Shown piece after piece: positions 46,401 through 58,242 of a stretch of DNA of 64,000 bases; the stretch's first letter is position 1, and each line of letters starts with the position of its first letter. The notes below the pieces were generated by a model that did not search any database, was not told the DNA's origin, and was given only the letters and a program-made list of their open reading frames with translations. This DNA comes from Phoronis australis (taxonomy: Eukaryota; Animalia; Phoronida): assembly GCA_002633005.1 (NCBI GenBank), contig NMRA01000751.1, forward strand, positions 10,629-74,628. The letters are read 5' to 3'. Position numbers and translations under genes: made by a program.

Positions 46401-49159
46401 TCACCATGAAACATAACGTCAGCTTCCAAGGACTCTAGGACATTATTTGTCAAAATGACCTTCATTGTAAGCAACACATGACAACTACTGATTAAGGAGA
46501 GTAAGAAATTAAGGTAAAACAAATATTTTCTTGAAGAGATGACTTTCTGTATTCCTATTATACATCAGCCAGTCAAATGAACTTCATTTCGTGAACAGAA
46601 TAGTTGGTTTTCTATCAAATCCCTTTTAAATCTGAGGCCCATCTATCTGACTATTACTGGAAGCGATCAAACGTGGGTTACCGGCACAGTTAGATGAATT
46701 TCCCAATGACTCATAACCACATAAGGTTGGACACTATAAAATTTTGCCGAGCCTATGTTCCAAACTTTAATTACCACAAGTCCAAATAAAATCCGCATGC
46801 ACCTTCCTCAGATTGGTATTGTATAACCCCCAAAGCCTTATCTTTCCTCGATTCCATTAAATTGTCCTCTTGAGTCGTGAATTGGTGACAGAATTTCCAA
46901 AACAAATGCAAAACCCCAAATTCAAGGAGACTAAATAGCAAATTCTAGTTATATTTTAACTTGTACGCCAGGTGAAAACAAAAACTTGGGAGTTTGAGAA
47001 AGCAACGCCTATGGCAAAGACAGGAAATCTGTCATCTAATTTAAATGATTCAGGTTAGTAATACTGAACGCCAGCTTTCGGCACCATGAACTATTACGTC
47101 ACCTATTGAGCATTTTTTTCCTGTCAATTTTACAATGTTCTCTTGCATGAGGTTCCATACATGTCACATAAAATTATCGGAATTGGTTTCATCTTGTTAC
47201 AAGTTTATAGTATTCTAATATTAGCAAACCGAATTTCAGAACAAATTTTGCTGCGAAGCTGTCATCTCCTGAGAGATTGTCATCTCCTGAGAGATGACGC
47301 AAAGTTTTAGTAAATGGCGTACTGTATGCATGTGACACGAGCATACTGTTTTGATTTTTCATTGTTACAAAAGAAGGAACATTATGCAAGAAAATGACGT
47401 TTTGTTAGATTGTTCTTTACTTTAACAGTTACAAAAAACAAGGTGAGTGCGGTTGACTACCAGATTTTGGATGCACCCCCGCCAGTCGTTAGCTCTACAT
47501 GTTGATACAAGTTTCATGATGAGGTACCGAGCAGAACTAACCAGGGTCAACACACAATGGTACCTAGCTGTATTTTGACGATGGTCTTCATAAAGCTAGT
47601 TGGCTACGTCAAGAGCAGAGTATGTCATTTTCCAAGATAGACAGTGATCGCCGTCTCTTGCTGACTCAATAGAGACGGTGTAGCTCCTGTAGGCACTTCA
47701 TGCGACGAAAGCTTGCCTCGCACTAACTAAAACATCACATTGTTATAAATACCCTATGCGCATAGAGAGACACCTCAGGAGGCCGTCGATGTCTTTAATT
47801 CCTTCCAACTTGAACAAATACTTCCGCTATCAAACTTTTTCTTCGACCAGTCCCTCGTTCAGTTCCCAAAATCAGTAACAGGCCATTTTTTCACTGCGCA
47901 CGCCAGGGGATGCGACGTTACACCACTTGACGTGCGCAGTGTTAAAAATGGCCAGTTACCGATTTTGGGAACAGGACGAAGAATTGCTACAGGACAAAGT
48001 TTGAGAACAGGAGTACTTGTTCAAGTTGGAAGGAATTAAAGACATCGACAGTCTCTTAAGGAGTCCCTCTATGCGCAGAAGGTATTTATAACAACATGAC
48101 TGATGTTTTAGTCGGTGTGAGACACAATTTGCCGAAAAGCTTATGACGTATGAAGCACCTACAGGAGTAGGCAATTACATCGCCTTGGATCCCACAGGCA
48201 GCCAGGGGCGATAGTACAGCCCCACAAAAAGTTACAAATTTCAAAATACAGGAAATAAAATCAAATGAAACATACATATATGCACATGGAGTCATAAATA
48301 AATCTGGTGACAATTCAGTCAAGATAATTTGAACAAATCGATGAAAATGTGTGGTGGTTCGCTCGAGTTTCTCTTACCAGGTGTCACTTTGAGGAAGTTA
48401 CGTGAAATCACGCATGTTCACGAATAAAAAGTCCATGGGACACAAATCTTACAAATTTCACGTGATACCTTCCCATGCTATTTTGCAAGTGTCACGCGCC
48501 ATCATCACGCGCAAGCCTTAACTCACGTAACTCGGTTGAAATACTTAAAGGTAATCGCGTGGGTGGTGAAAAAGTTAATGGTGACCACAAAAATGGAGTT
48601 GGAATTCTTCGCCAAAGTCACCTTAATTCTAGTTACTAAACTTCATCAAAGATATGTGTAGAAGTAGAAAGGACCACTGAAGAAAATGAGCGCTTTTTAA
48701 GTGATAGTTTTAAGAGTGGAGTGTACTTTTGACAAGGTGAAAACTCCTAACCGGTGGCCGGATTTGGCCTACCGCCCGTTTAAAATACACAGGACGAAAT
48801 TCGTACAGAAAGCGATGGGAAGTATTGAAGCCCCTAACCGGCAAACCGAGGGGCTACGTGTTGCCTACTGAGCCAGCCAGAGACGGTGGTCTATTGCCAA
48901 AAGACAGTGACCACCGTCTACTGGCAATAGCTGCCTACCTGGTACCCAAGACATTAGCAAAATATACCGAGAAAAACCAGCCGTGGGGGCTATTGGGACC
49001 CATGTTTTACACTTTTATCACAGTCAATATTGTAAAGTTACCTGCTGTTGAGGCTGCTGCGATTGTTCTATTCTCGTTCAGCTGTAACCCCTCACATCGC
49101 GCTTGAAACGGACTTGCGAACGGGCTGTTTTTAGCAGCCTCTATCATCGATTTGAACAT
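37487..49159 (-). CDS. SLC25A3: Mitochondrial phosphate carrier (PiC), spliced gene: join(49159-49042,46025-45879,45590-45433,43811-43630,40794-40622,40010-39900,37650-37487), 1053 nt = 350 aa + stop
   Basis: Exons translate to [18 protein letters not shown]..., [143 protein letters not shown]. All introns are GT-AG and phases agree. Confidence 0.97.
37848..39342 (-). mobile_element. HINE/DINE-1-like element(s) spanning an N-gap in the last SLC25A3 intron
   Basis: Two tandem aacaagagcaacg ends (37848, 37931); (GGAC)n microsatellite and ATGCGTCCACATATAAATATGTGGGCGCAT palindrome at 39308-39337. Confidence 0.85.
39581..39800 (-). ncRNA. SNORA53: Intronic box H/ACA snoRNA, SNORA53 (ACA53) homologue
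   Basis: Hairpin-H box (AAATCA, 39673-39668)-hairpin-ACAatt (39586-39581). Pocket strands CCTTAGATCCACCT and GGTGCTTGAGTCATTGG match human SNORA53 as recalled from memory. Vertebrate SNORA53 is hosted by SLC25A3. Confidence 0.85.
39900..40010 (-). CDS. SLC25A3: SLC25A3 coding exon 6
   Basis: [37 protein letters not shown]; tatag/gtacgt. Confidence 0.95.
40366..40478 (+). repeat. (ATT)n/(GTT)n microsatellite
   Basis: Direct inspection. Confidence 0.95.
40622..40794 (-). CDS. SLC25A3: SLC25A3 coding exon 5
   Basis: [57 protein letters not shown]. Confidence 0.96.
40907..43613 (-). mobile_element. Cluster of nested/tandem HINE-like elements filling most of an SLC25A3 intron
   Basis: aacaagagcaacg ends at 40907 and 41410; terminal palindromes at ~42399-42428 and ~43061-43607, the latter split by a MITE. 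Confidence 0.85.
43081..43591. mobile_element. hAT-like MITE (511 bp), copy 1
   Basis: TIR CAGGGCTTGGAAT / ATTCCAAGCCCTG; flanks atatac/atatat. Confidence 0.9.
43630..43811 (-). CDS. SLC25A3: SLC25A3 coding exon 4
   Basis: [60 protein letters not shown]. Confidence 0.96.
43816..43890 (+). repeat. 21-bp minisatellite abutting an SLC25A3 acceptor site
   Basis: atgcaaccaatatacatcata x ~3.5. Confidence 0.85.
44225..45045. mobile_element. PIF/Harbinger-type non-autonomous element (821 bp)
   Basis: TIR GGGCTGTTCCAG / CTGGAACAGCCC with TAA target-site duplication on both sides. Confidence 0.85.
45433..45590 (-). CDS. SLC25A3: SLC25A3 coding exon 3
   Basis: [52 protein letters not shown]. Confidence 0.96.
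45879..46025 (-). CDS. SLC25A3: SLC25A3 coding exon 2
   Basis: [48 protein letters not shown]; cag/gtaaat. Confidence 0.95.
46195..46302 (+). repeat. Minisatellite, 6 x 17-19 bp
   Basis: aagtttcaccagatgcta repeated. Confidence 0.95.
47684..48167. mobile_element. Foldback (whole-length palindromic) MITE
   Basis: ctcctgtagg...tgcgcatagag...gtcgatgtctttaattccttccaacttgaacaa...ggccatttttt...cactgcgcacg is mirrored on the other side of a ~28-nt loop centred near 47917. Confidence 0.85.
49042..49159 (-). CDS. SLC25A3: SLC25A3 coding exon 1 (presequence region)
   Basis: [39 protein letters not shown]; acceptor ttacag before 49168, donor gtaact. Confidence 0.85.
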
Positions 49160-49280
49160 GTCGTCAATCTGTAAATTGTAAAAAGATGTGATAAAGCTAC
49201 AAAGAGCACAGCTGTTTAATTGTTTTCTTACTCCACGACAATCTGATTCAACTCTGTCGAAATTTCAGAGAAGCACTCAC

Positions 49281-49380
49281 CTCACCTTGATCTTTCGCGT
49301 GGACCGGTAGAAAAGATGGCGTGCCCTTCACAGTCACGTGACCAACACTTTTTGATTGGTGAAAACGCTATTTGACGTCA
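49281..49380 (-). promoter_or_regulatory. SLC25A3 non-coding first exon and core promoter
   Basis: Minus strand GCCATCTTTTCT (YY1-like, ~49320) leads to donor GTGAGT at 49280. Upstream: palindromic GTCACGTGAC E-box (49333-49342), CCAAT (49355-49359), CRE TGACGTCA (49373-49380). Confidence 0.7.
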
Positions 49381-52300
49381 CGGGTCAAGTAAAGGACAAA
49401 GTTGTTTCGCCGCCCTCTGTCATCTGCTTCGCCGGCCTCAAAGTTCCGTTCCAGTTCGTGTTTCGAATTCGATTGTTCGCATGAAGTCAACAGCATTGTT
49501 CAACAATGTGACGTAATAGAATGACAGTATCGCTATTTCGATTAAAATTAAAATAGTTTGATGAAACATGTACATGACATAAATCATGTTCTCCATTGGC
49601 CAGTCACGGATTGGGTCAACTGGTGTATTTAGTTGAACATAAAAATATGCTTTTGCAATCTTACAGGAAATTTGAGTCATAATATGGATGACGAAAGCAT
49701 AACGACCACCATAACCCGGCCCGCGCACTGCACTCGAGCAACGCGTTGATTTCGATTACACTAACTGTGCCGGGCTCTAGTTTTGTCATGAGTTATCTAT
49801 TTTTTATGGGCAACTGAATGGTGACAGGAGCAATTAAATAAATACATCTTTAAAAATACAAGTAATGAGAGAAATAAGGGGAAACTGATTTCAAATGTTT
49901 AAATACGCATAGGGGCCTACAAAGTCACGCATTTCCGTCATCGTCACCGACACCCACGCAAGCTCTAATTTCATTAATTTCCCCCCAAAAAAAAATCTTC
50001 CCAAAGTGGAAAGACAGCTACAGTAATTGACTTATGGGATCGAAAGCTAATTTCGCCGAATTCATCCAATCTATATCAAAGTTCACAGACTGGAGCTTCC
50101 GGCCTCGTGATTAAACACAGCGGCACCCGACTACGTTGAGCAACTATTTCGTCTGTACAAAACATGCATATCAGAAACTAATGAACCTGCATAGTAAAGA
50201 TATTAATCCACAGCGGGCAGATAGGGAGGAGGTCCAAAGAGACTATCACCCGCCGCCGTTGGTATGCTGTTTTGGAGGACATTTTCCAGCCCCCCCCCCC
50301 GGGACTCAACACTGAATTGACGTCCCTAAAAATTTTACAGAGAAAGGCAGTCACCCTTCGTGATACCTATACTGATTAACAAGTTCAAATGCACCCGCAC
50401 ACAAACGCACCTGTACCTACCTTCCATTTCCTAGAAACAATAATGTTCTATCCAAAAAGATTAAGATAAAAATTCATTCTCACACAACTATAGCCGTACT
50501 CTCGAAAACATGATCATAATTATTGTGAAGAGTGTGAAATAGAAAATTGTTACCTGACTGTGTGCCGTGCTTCTCAGTTACTCACAACAATAGATATGTT
50601 CGGTATAGATTTTTATTCGTTTAGTTACTTATTACATCATTGTTTATTATTTCCCTTGACAATTTGTGTTTCGTTTGAATATGTTTTAGTAACACTGAGT
50701 ACCATACGTTATTTATATTCCATACAATTCAAGTGATGTACTTGTTCTTCAAAAAGTCGCTGAAATTTTTGTATGCGATTGTTAAGTCTTTGAAATCATT
50801 GAAGTCTCTTAAACTGGTCGCGTACATGGCCTTCGAAACACGTTTCCTGCGACAGTCTGGTCTGCACAGGGAGTGTCGCACGAACAACTCCTTGTTCATA
50901 TGTAATTCTAATCTATGTCCTCTAAAATCAATACTATTTGGTTTTTGGGACAAAAAGGTCGCCATTACTATTATCGTTACTTGAAATGTTGTAATTAATT
51001 TGATAATTCACAAAATCGTCAGACTTCCGATACACTTTCTTTCGAGCTCGGTTTCTTGTAATGAAAAAAAAATATATATATGTATTTTTATACAATTAAT
51101 ACAGCCTTAGACGTTATGACTTGTTGCTGGGGTGCTGTGCATGAAAATGTTTCAACTCTCGTTTTACTGAGAACTTTCAGGGTAACAAAACTTCCTAATT
51201 TGATTTTAGAAAGGGATATGTATCATAGGCTACCTACAAGGGGACGAGGCACGTTTTTCAAAAAGGTCTTGGAAAATTTACCTGGTAAACCAATAAGCAT
51301 ACAAAAAGCCTGTAAGAAAATACTCGAATTATGTTTGGAAATGCTGAAAGGTAAATGAAGTGCAAGTGAAGAATTGCTTGATATCTATAATATTTATTGC
51401 ATGTTTTAGTGCTCGGTAGTAAGTTTTGTCTCTGTAAAGTTATCGAATACTGTTAATTATTAACGAATCCGATAGACGAAACGATACTAATCAGTGAAAC
51501 GTATATCAAAAATAACGAAAAGATAAATAGTTTAGACTTGTTAAACAATTTTGTTTACGTGGTGCTGACATGAAGCCGACTCTCTAAAACGGCAAAATTA
51601 TGCGTAGCAAGCCTACACGAACATGAATCAGACGGCAAGTGTGGGGACCAATGCTTTTATATGAGCGAGTATGTTTTTATATATTCACAATAGCATATCT
51701 AAATATTGGGATACTTATATTAGATACTACTTAAATGTATATACCTCTATGTATATTAGTTTCATTTATGAACTGTTTACAACCCAGATATAATGCTTCG
51801 CGATTTCTGGGTTTGTCATCATTTCTTTGTATGTCTTGTGTATTCTTCAATAAATATATATCGCTTTAAAAAAGTATGCACGATTTGTGGAAAAAATTGC
51901 CCAGTTATATAACTGACAAAAAAACAATATCTTATGCCATGCAGTTTTTGGGCGATAACCATACAGCTACGAAACTGATACAATTTACTAACATTTTCCA
52001 GCAGTAGCGTCTTTCCGATGACGTTTGCATTCTCATTATAGCAGTTAGAGGTTAGTTATTAGAAACGTTCTAGACTATCACATCCTTCTACCATGACAGG
52101 ACTCTTCAAATTCTACAGATTTAATATGCTACACTATATTATCCCTTTGGTCCTAGGCACGCTGAAGTGGGTTACGGTCCTGACATGACGGCATATCGAT
52201 GAGGGAAGAGTCACTTCCCGCCGGGACCGAAAAAGCTCACGTCCAGAAACCGCGGGTTTCGCAGTTCTCCATATCTGAGATACTAGTATAATTTGTCTTG

Positions 52301-53248
52301 TTGGTATCATCAAGGAAATTCTGGAGGCAACATTCCGCTAAGATGATGTTTGGATCTTTATCAGAATGCAGATTTACAGATGTTAGGAAAACTCGAAATC
52401 TAGCTGTTAGCACTAAAGAATGTCAAATGCGTTTTCCAAAACACGCTTTACGGTCATTAAACATTCTTCTGGTATCGTCGAGATTACTGGGTGGAAATCA
52501 GGCCCGTAGGAAAGAAAAAATTATGGGGGGGGGGGGCACAAACCAATGTGACTTCGCCAACCTACCCCCTTGCTATCGTCACCTCCCCCCCCCACCGTTC
52601 TTTGCCGATGTCACCATATTTGTACCGAACCCACTCCCAGGTCCTCCATAGGTGAGGGTAATACCGTTGATGCAGCCATCAGGATTTGAGTAACCGTGAA
52701 CCAACAAAGATTCACGGAGAGTAAGAATGGGTCTAGGCCCCGAGCGCATTGACGGGTAGCTGGGAGCTGCCGGAAGTAACTATAGCTGAGTCGAAGGTTA
52801 AGGTTCCTTTTATTATGATCCAGTTTCGGGAAAACTTTCTTTTATTATGGCCATTCTTTGATAAGTAATTTTTGGAAAGATGAGGTCCCGAGGTGCCTGG
52901 TATGAGTGCCTTTGTGGCCGTTTCAGAATCCCTTGAAACACAGCCGGTAGTCCAGTTTCTGGTTGCTGGGGGAAAATGATACAGAGTGTGTCCCAAAAAT
53001 GTACACACGTCAACGTCTGGAGTTCAAATNGTGCCTTTGTGGCCGTTTTAGAATCCCTTGAAACACAGCCGGTAGTCCAGTTTCTGGTTGCTGGGGGAAA
53101 ATGATACAGAGTGTGTCCCAAAAATGTACACACTTCAACGTCTGGAGTTCAAATTCAGTTTCCGTGGGTAGCTGAGATTCTAAGCAGACCTACTGCATGG
53201 TTACACCTTATTTTTAACGTGGGTGTGCCTGTCATGACGTGCTCCGTG

Positions 53249-53511
53249 CATGCACGCACCTGGGGGGGGGGGGGNGGGGGGGCGTTGGAGAGGGTCCGGG
53301 GGCTTGATGGCAATGTGGGGAAAAATGTCTGCCTCAGCGAAACAAAAAGCCCGAGAAAAACGAGACAAAAGGCCACTAAAACGGTAGGATTAGGCGTATG
53401 CACAATTCATAGTCCTGAACGAACCCCGTATTCGTTTTTTTTTTTAAGTAAAAGGTCCACATCTTCAAAATTCGAGCCCCCGTCCTATATTTTAGGCTGG
53501 GTGCGCGCGTG
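53249..53511. mobile_element. hAT-like MITE with a 5-bp TSD; related partial copy at ~54100-54277
   Basis: TIR CATGCACGCACC / GGTGCGCGCGTG; CCGTG on both flanks. Confidence 0.65.
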
Positions 53512-55439
53512 CCGTGTGTGTAGTATGCACGGGAAATGCAAGCAGACGTGGGGCCTCTCTATGTGAAAATGTCTATACTTTCAAAACTCAAGAAGCAATT
53601 GATTATATCTGACAGATCATCAAGTGTTGTACAATTGGAGAAAAAAAGTGAAAGTTATCTCCGTTATCTCTTGCCAGACAGGGACCTCTGGAAAAATATG
53701 GTTTTGCAGTCGCAAAATTGACTTACTGAATTTAAAAATCCAGTAAAATAATACGATCCGCAAAAGCTTCGCTTTAAAAATTTTGTTGAATTTTCGAAAT
53801 ACATGCATGAATCATTACTTGCACCTTTCCAAGTGCATTTTGACGACCTGTGCTACGAAAGCAGAGACCCCAAAAACAATATCCTTCCCAGAGTTCTCAA
53901 AAGGTAAACCATGCACTGATACAGAGTTGTTAAATATTCTCTTGAGTTTTCTCTTTTATCCGCATTTAGTAGTCTTTCTTTTCTCGACTGTCCCCGCCCC
54001 ACGAGTATGTCGGTTGCCACGATTTAACCCTGACACCTGAAAAATTTTTGGGGGGCCCGTGCTCCCCCTCCTCCTCAAACGAGTCCCCCCCATTTGGCGA
54101 ATTGGGCAAAAAGGTCCGCCTCAGAGGAACAGTCCGAGAAAACGAGACAAAAGTTTACTAAACAGGCGCGAATGGGAAATTCACAGCTGTGTACGTGGTA
54201 CCCCGTTTTTGTTAGTAAAATGTCCACATTCTCAAGAATTCGAGCCCCTCTTATATATTAGGCTGGGTGTGCGCATGTTACATCGCTGAATGACTTTCCG
54301 ATAATACTTACCTACAGGCAAGTCTGCCTAAGCCTGGAAAGTGGTGTTAGAACATGGTTTGAAATAGCGGACTGTGAGCGTGCTGTCGTTGTCACGGAAA
54401 AAGTTCCACGAGCGGCTACCAGTGGCCCTGTTCTACTTAACTTAGGGAAAGACTACGTGAATGCACATGATTTTATATTTTTATTATTTGTTTTCTGTTG
54501 TATATTCGTTTACAATATACTTTATGTAACTTTGAGATAATTTTTAGTCAACTATTTGTTTTTAAACTGTATTTACTGAAAAATACATATTAGTCGGTTT
54601 CTCGCCCTCTCCCAAAAAGCTTGAATCAGACGAGGCGATTACATTCTGCCAGGAACGAGACGATTTGCAACATTGGTAGATATTTGATTTGGTTTGGTCG
54701 CGTTGTTTCTTTTTCAGTTTGGGGTTTCACACTTGCCGAATCGACTCTCTTAATTGCAAAAAAAAACAGGGAAAAGTCAGCCGAGCTCACGACCATACTT
54801 GTTGGTACTGCAAATCAGCGATTGTTCTATGTTCAGATCGAGTCGAACTTGTGGGTCGAGGGAGTCGTGGGTTGAGAGGGTCGTGGGGGTCAAGGGTTTT
54901 TTTTAGAACAATCCCTCTGTACCCAATTTATATGAGTGGTGAGCAGTCCGAGTGGTTGTTGCCAACACCACCACTATGTGACTAGTTACATTAGTTAGCG
55001 TTACTCACTAGAACTCTACTACCCTGTTGAGGTGTTTTACACTACGTGTGGAGAGAGTACATATTTTAATATGCAAATAAATGTGTGTGTGTGTTTNGAA
55101 GTTGTTTTAAAAAACCTTAAAAGGATGGGAAAGATAAAATAATATAATCTTTATGTAGATATTGAACCTCTCTATCGGAAGACAATTTTTCAAAACGGTT
55201 TCCGTGGCTTCACTGGAGTGCCAAAATTCCGTAAACATTGCCCAATTTATGTATTTGATTTTTAGCAATTTTTGAGGTACTCTGGGGGCCAGTTTGCGGG
55301 GTGCTGGTGATTTCCAATGATATTTTTCACCAGTTTGCTGTCTGACTAAGAAAATGAACAAATAAAATAATTGAGCTTTTTGTTTGTTTTCATGCATCAG
55401 CCAATAGGAAAGACATACCATTGCGAAATTTACAGTGCC

Positions 55440-55670
55440 TGACTGCGGGCAGTATGCAGCTGTATCTCATAAACCTCATACAGGGGCTTCATTAATTTTT
55501 GCAAATATGTCTCTGGTGATCAAATCAGTCGTCGTCAGTCTTCAGATACTTTGACTACAGCTGGCTCCCTGGTGGCAGTTTCTATAACTAGATTTTTTGG
55601 TGACATTTCATGAAATTTGGCCAAAACATTTCTATCAAGGAAACGATGGCACATGCGTGTTTGAGAACGA
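55440..55670 (+). mobile_element. Degenerate HINE-like fragment in the opposite orientation
   Basis: ctccctggtggcagttt and tttcatgaaatttggc are reverse complements of family motifs. Confidence 0.5.
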
Positions 55671-56181
55671 CGTTTTAATATTAATCAAATTCTGTTACAT
55701 TTTGTTTTCTGTCTTGTACCTGGGGATGACTTCTGATTAATATCGAAAAGTTGTTTACATGCTGCACTCAAGCATCGTTTTTGTTTTCCACTTCTTACTT
55801 CTAATTTGGCAAAAAAAATAACATTATTTACATGCATGTTTTCGGATGAGTCTACGGCCCTGATTCCTTTCAAAGCGGTATCCGGCTTGGGGCCAGGCGT
55901 ACTTGATTTCTCGTTGTAGGAGTTATCTCCTATCCTTCAAATAGCTGTTCAGCTGGGGGACATAATTTTTGCCAATAAGCCAAATTGTACTTGGCTCCTT
56001 GTCGGATTAGAAGTAATGTAACGTTACATTTGATGTCCTTTTAATTTGAATGAAAAAATAGTTTAAATAGTAAGCGTTTCAACCTCTGAGAATCATTATC
56101 AGATGCTGAAAAGTTTATTCGAAGAAAATCGATTATTTCCGTTCATTTCCGTCAACTGATCGGAAGTAAAAAGACCACAAT

Positions 56182-56286
56182 ATGGCTACCATTGAGTCTT
56201 CTGTAAATGGTGGGGTTCCAACATTTGCTATCGGTCAATATAGCAGCGATGATGAAGCGTTGGATACCGCCACACTACAGGACGAG
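56182..56286 (+). CDS. Possible first coding exon of an unidentified gene
   Basis: ETS-like CGGAAGT at 56161, then AATATGGCT start context. MATIESSVNGGVPTFAIGQYSSDDEALDTATLQDE followed by GAG|GTAATG donor. No downstream exons confidently identified. Confidence 0.5.
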
Positions 56287-57732
56287 GTAATGCAGTCATC
56301 GTTATACCCTTTTTTGACTTGCTCGAGTCGAAATTCTGGTCGCAAAACGGTTGTTTTGGTAAGACGCATACAATTCATGGCATTGATTGCCTTGGCAATT
56401 GACTTGCAGCCTAGACAGGTCTCCCGTCTGTGGAGACAAGACCACCGTCTGAACTGGGCCATCCCATAAATGCTTCTTACGATGAAGGCGTTTTGGTAAA
56501 TTATGCCTCACACTGGTAAACCATTACACTGGTCCCTGATTTATAGAACCAGTTTTGTCCAATTAACGTGCCCATTAATTTTATTCAGTGATTGCATGAT
56601 TCTCTTAATAAGTTAATCAAGGACCAGTACATCTGACCAGTGCTTTAAGTCTCATTGATATTGTACCAGTTGAGAATAGCACTCGTTTGGAAGCTGTCGT
56701 TCTCTATTTAAATCCTTCCAAACTGAGTATAAAGTTCTGTAATTAATATTTCTTTTAAAACATCTCTGCTTTTGTCAATGAAATTGATGACGAATCACAT
56801 TGTGTTCAGATATGAGAGTAGCCACCCTGGTACAAGAGTTTTGAGCAATAACTCACTTTGGCAGATTACCAGTGTTGTGGATTAGTGATGAGCTCACTCC
56901 TGAGGTCATGGAGGTCAACCTCAATGTGATTGAAAATTTTATATGCTATAAACATGTGCAGTGATGAAAATAACAACAGAAATGGCTCGGGTCACTATTT
57001 CGTTGACGAAACGAATGATTAGTCTGAAAAAATATTAACTGCGATATTTGTTTGAGCTGGGATTTAAAGACTACAACTGCCTTCAAAGGTGTACAAGTAA
57101 GGTATAGCAGTGTGGCTTGGGATAGTCTAGTGTAATTCGCAAGACATCTGCTGACATACTGGATTGATTAAGATGTGCTACCACCTACCATCTGTGGTGC
57201 CTCCTCTCTGCGTGGCTGGCAAACTGGTGACCTCCCCACAACTCTGCGTTTCCATCGCACATTGGGTGTAATGGGGTTTAGTCTTCTATTTGTTTACCGA
57301 AATGAAGGAAAAATGTTGATTGCGGTTGTATTTAGTAGAGCTGAAAGGATTTAAAGTCTCAGAATCTTTCCAAATATGCTCATGTATACACACACAAAAT
57401 GTATCAACATGACTTTGAGAGTATACCCCATGGGAGCTTATTTTGAACTGTTTGAACATATACCCATATACCGTTAGTATACGCACAATACAAGTAAAGC
57501 AGGAAGCACTTCAGCATGTCATTACGTATCTCATTTATGCTCTGGAAGTCTGACGAGGTTCACAATGTCGCCATTATGTGATGCGCGTGTCGATCGTCAT
57601 GATTGGTTGCTGCTTCAGTCAGGGTCATCATCTGACCCTGACTGAAGATCAAACTTCTGGTGATGACGCGCATCACTTATTGTGGGATTGCAAACTTCCC
57701 ACGTATCCATGTCTGATTTCCGGCGTATCTAT

Positions 57733-58242
57733 CAGGGCTTGGAATTTTCCGCGGAAATGCGGATTTCCGCTTTTTTCAAATGTGCTTTCCGCTTTTTTCA
57801 AAATATTTCCGCGTAAAAAAATCGGATTTGATATAAAATTTCCGTGGCAAATTCCTTTCTTACCGCGGCGTTGCAGACGGCGTTTACCTCGAAAAGCGGA
57901 AGTTGCTCTTTATGTTTCGGAGGAACGTAAATTGTCAACATTGCCGGGGCATCTGGGACAGCGTGGTGTGATTTTCAATGGCGTCTCGTGTTATTGTTAA
58001 GCGCGGCGACAAATACTACCGCTCTGCAGCCAAAAATGTGTGGGGTGGGAGTGGATGGGCGAGCTAATAGGACGCAGACGCATGCTACTGATGGTGGTAG
58101 TTTTTTTTTTTAGTCCTCCCGATTTTTGTCGGGGAAAGGTTCACATTGACCAATTCAAGGCTGGTTATCGGATCGGGCATGATTTGGGCCGTAAAAGTTT
58201 CAAAGTTTCCGCGTTTTTTGTCATTGGTCATTCCAAGCCCTG
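57733..58242. mobile_element. hAT-like MITE (510 bp), copy 2, inverted relative to copy 1
   Basis: Same TIRs; exact 6-bp direct flanks ATCTAT. Confidence 0.9.

Noticed and set aside
46690-46900. Second SNORA53-like copy (contains CCAATGACTCA)
   Set aside because: Only an 11-nt match; the partner pocket strand and H/ACA architecture are absent.
52906-53153. ~122-bp direct duplication
   Set aside because: Near-identical copies separated by a single n; typical unmerged contig overlap.
57578-58000. 140-aa ORF sharing sequence with the tail of ORF 43362-43826
   Set aside because: The shared part is the hAT-like MITE, not SLC25A3 coding sequence.
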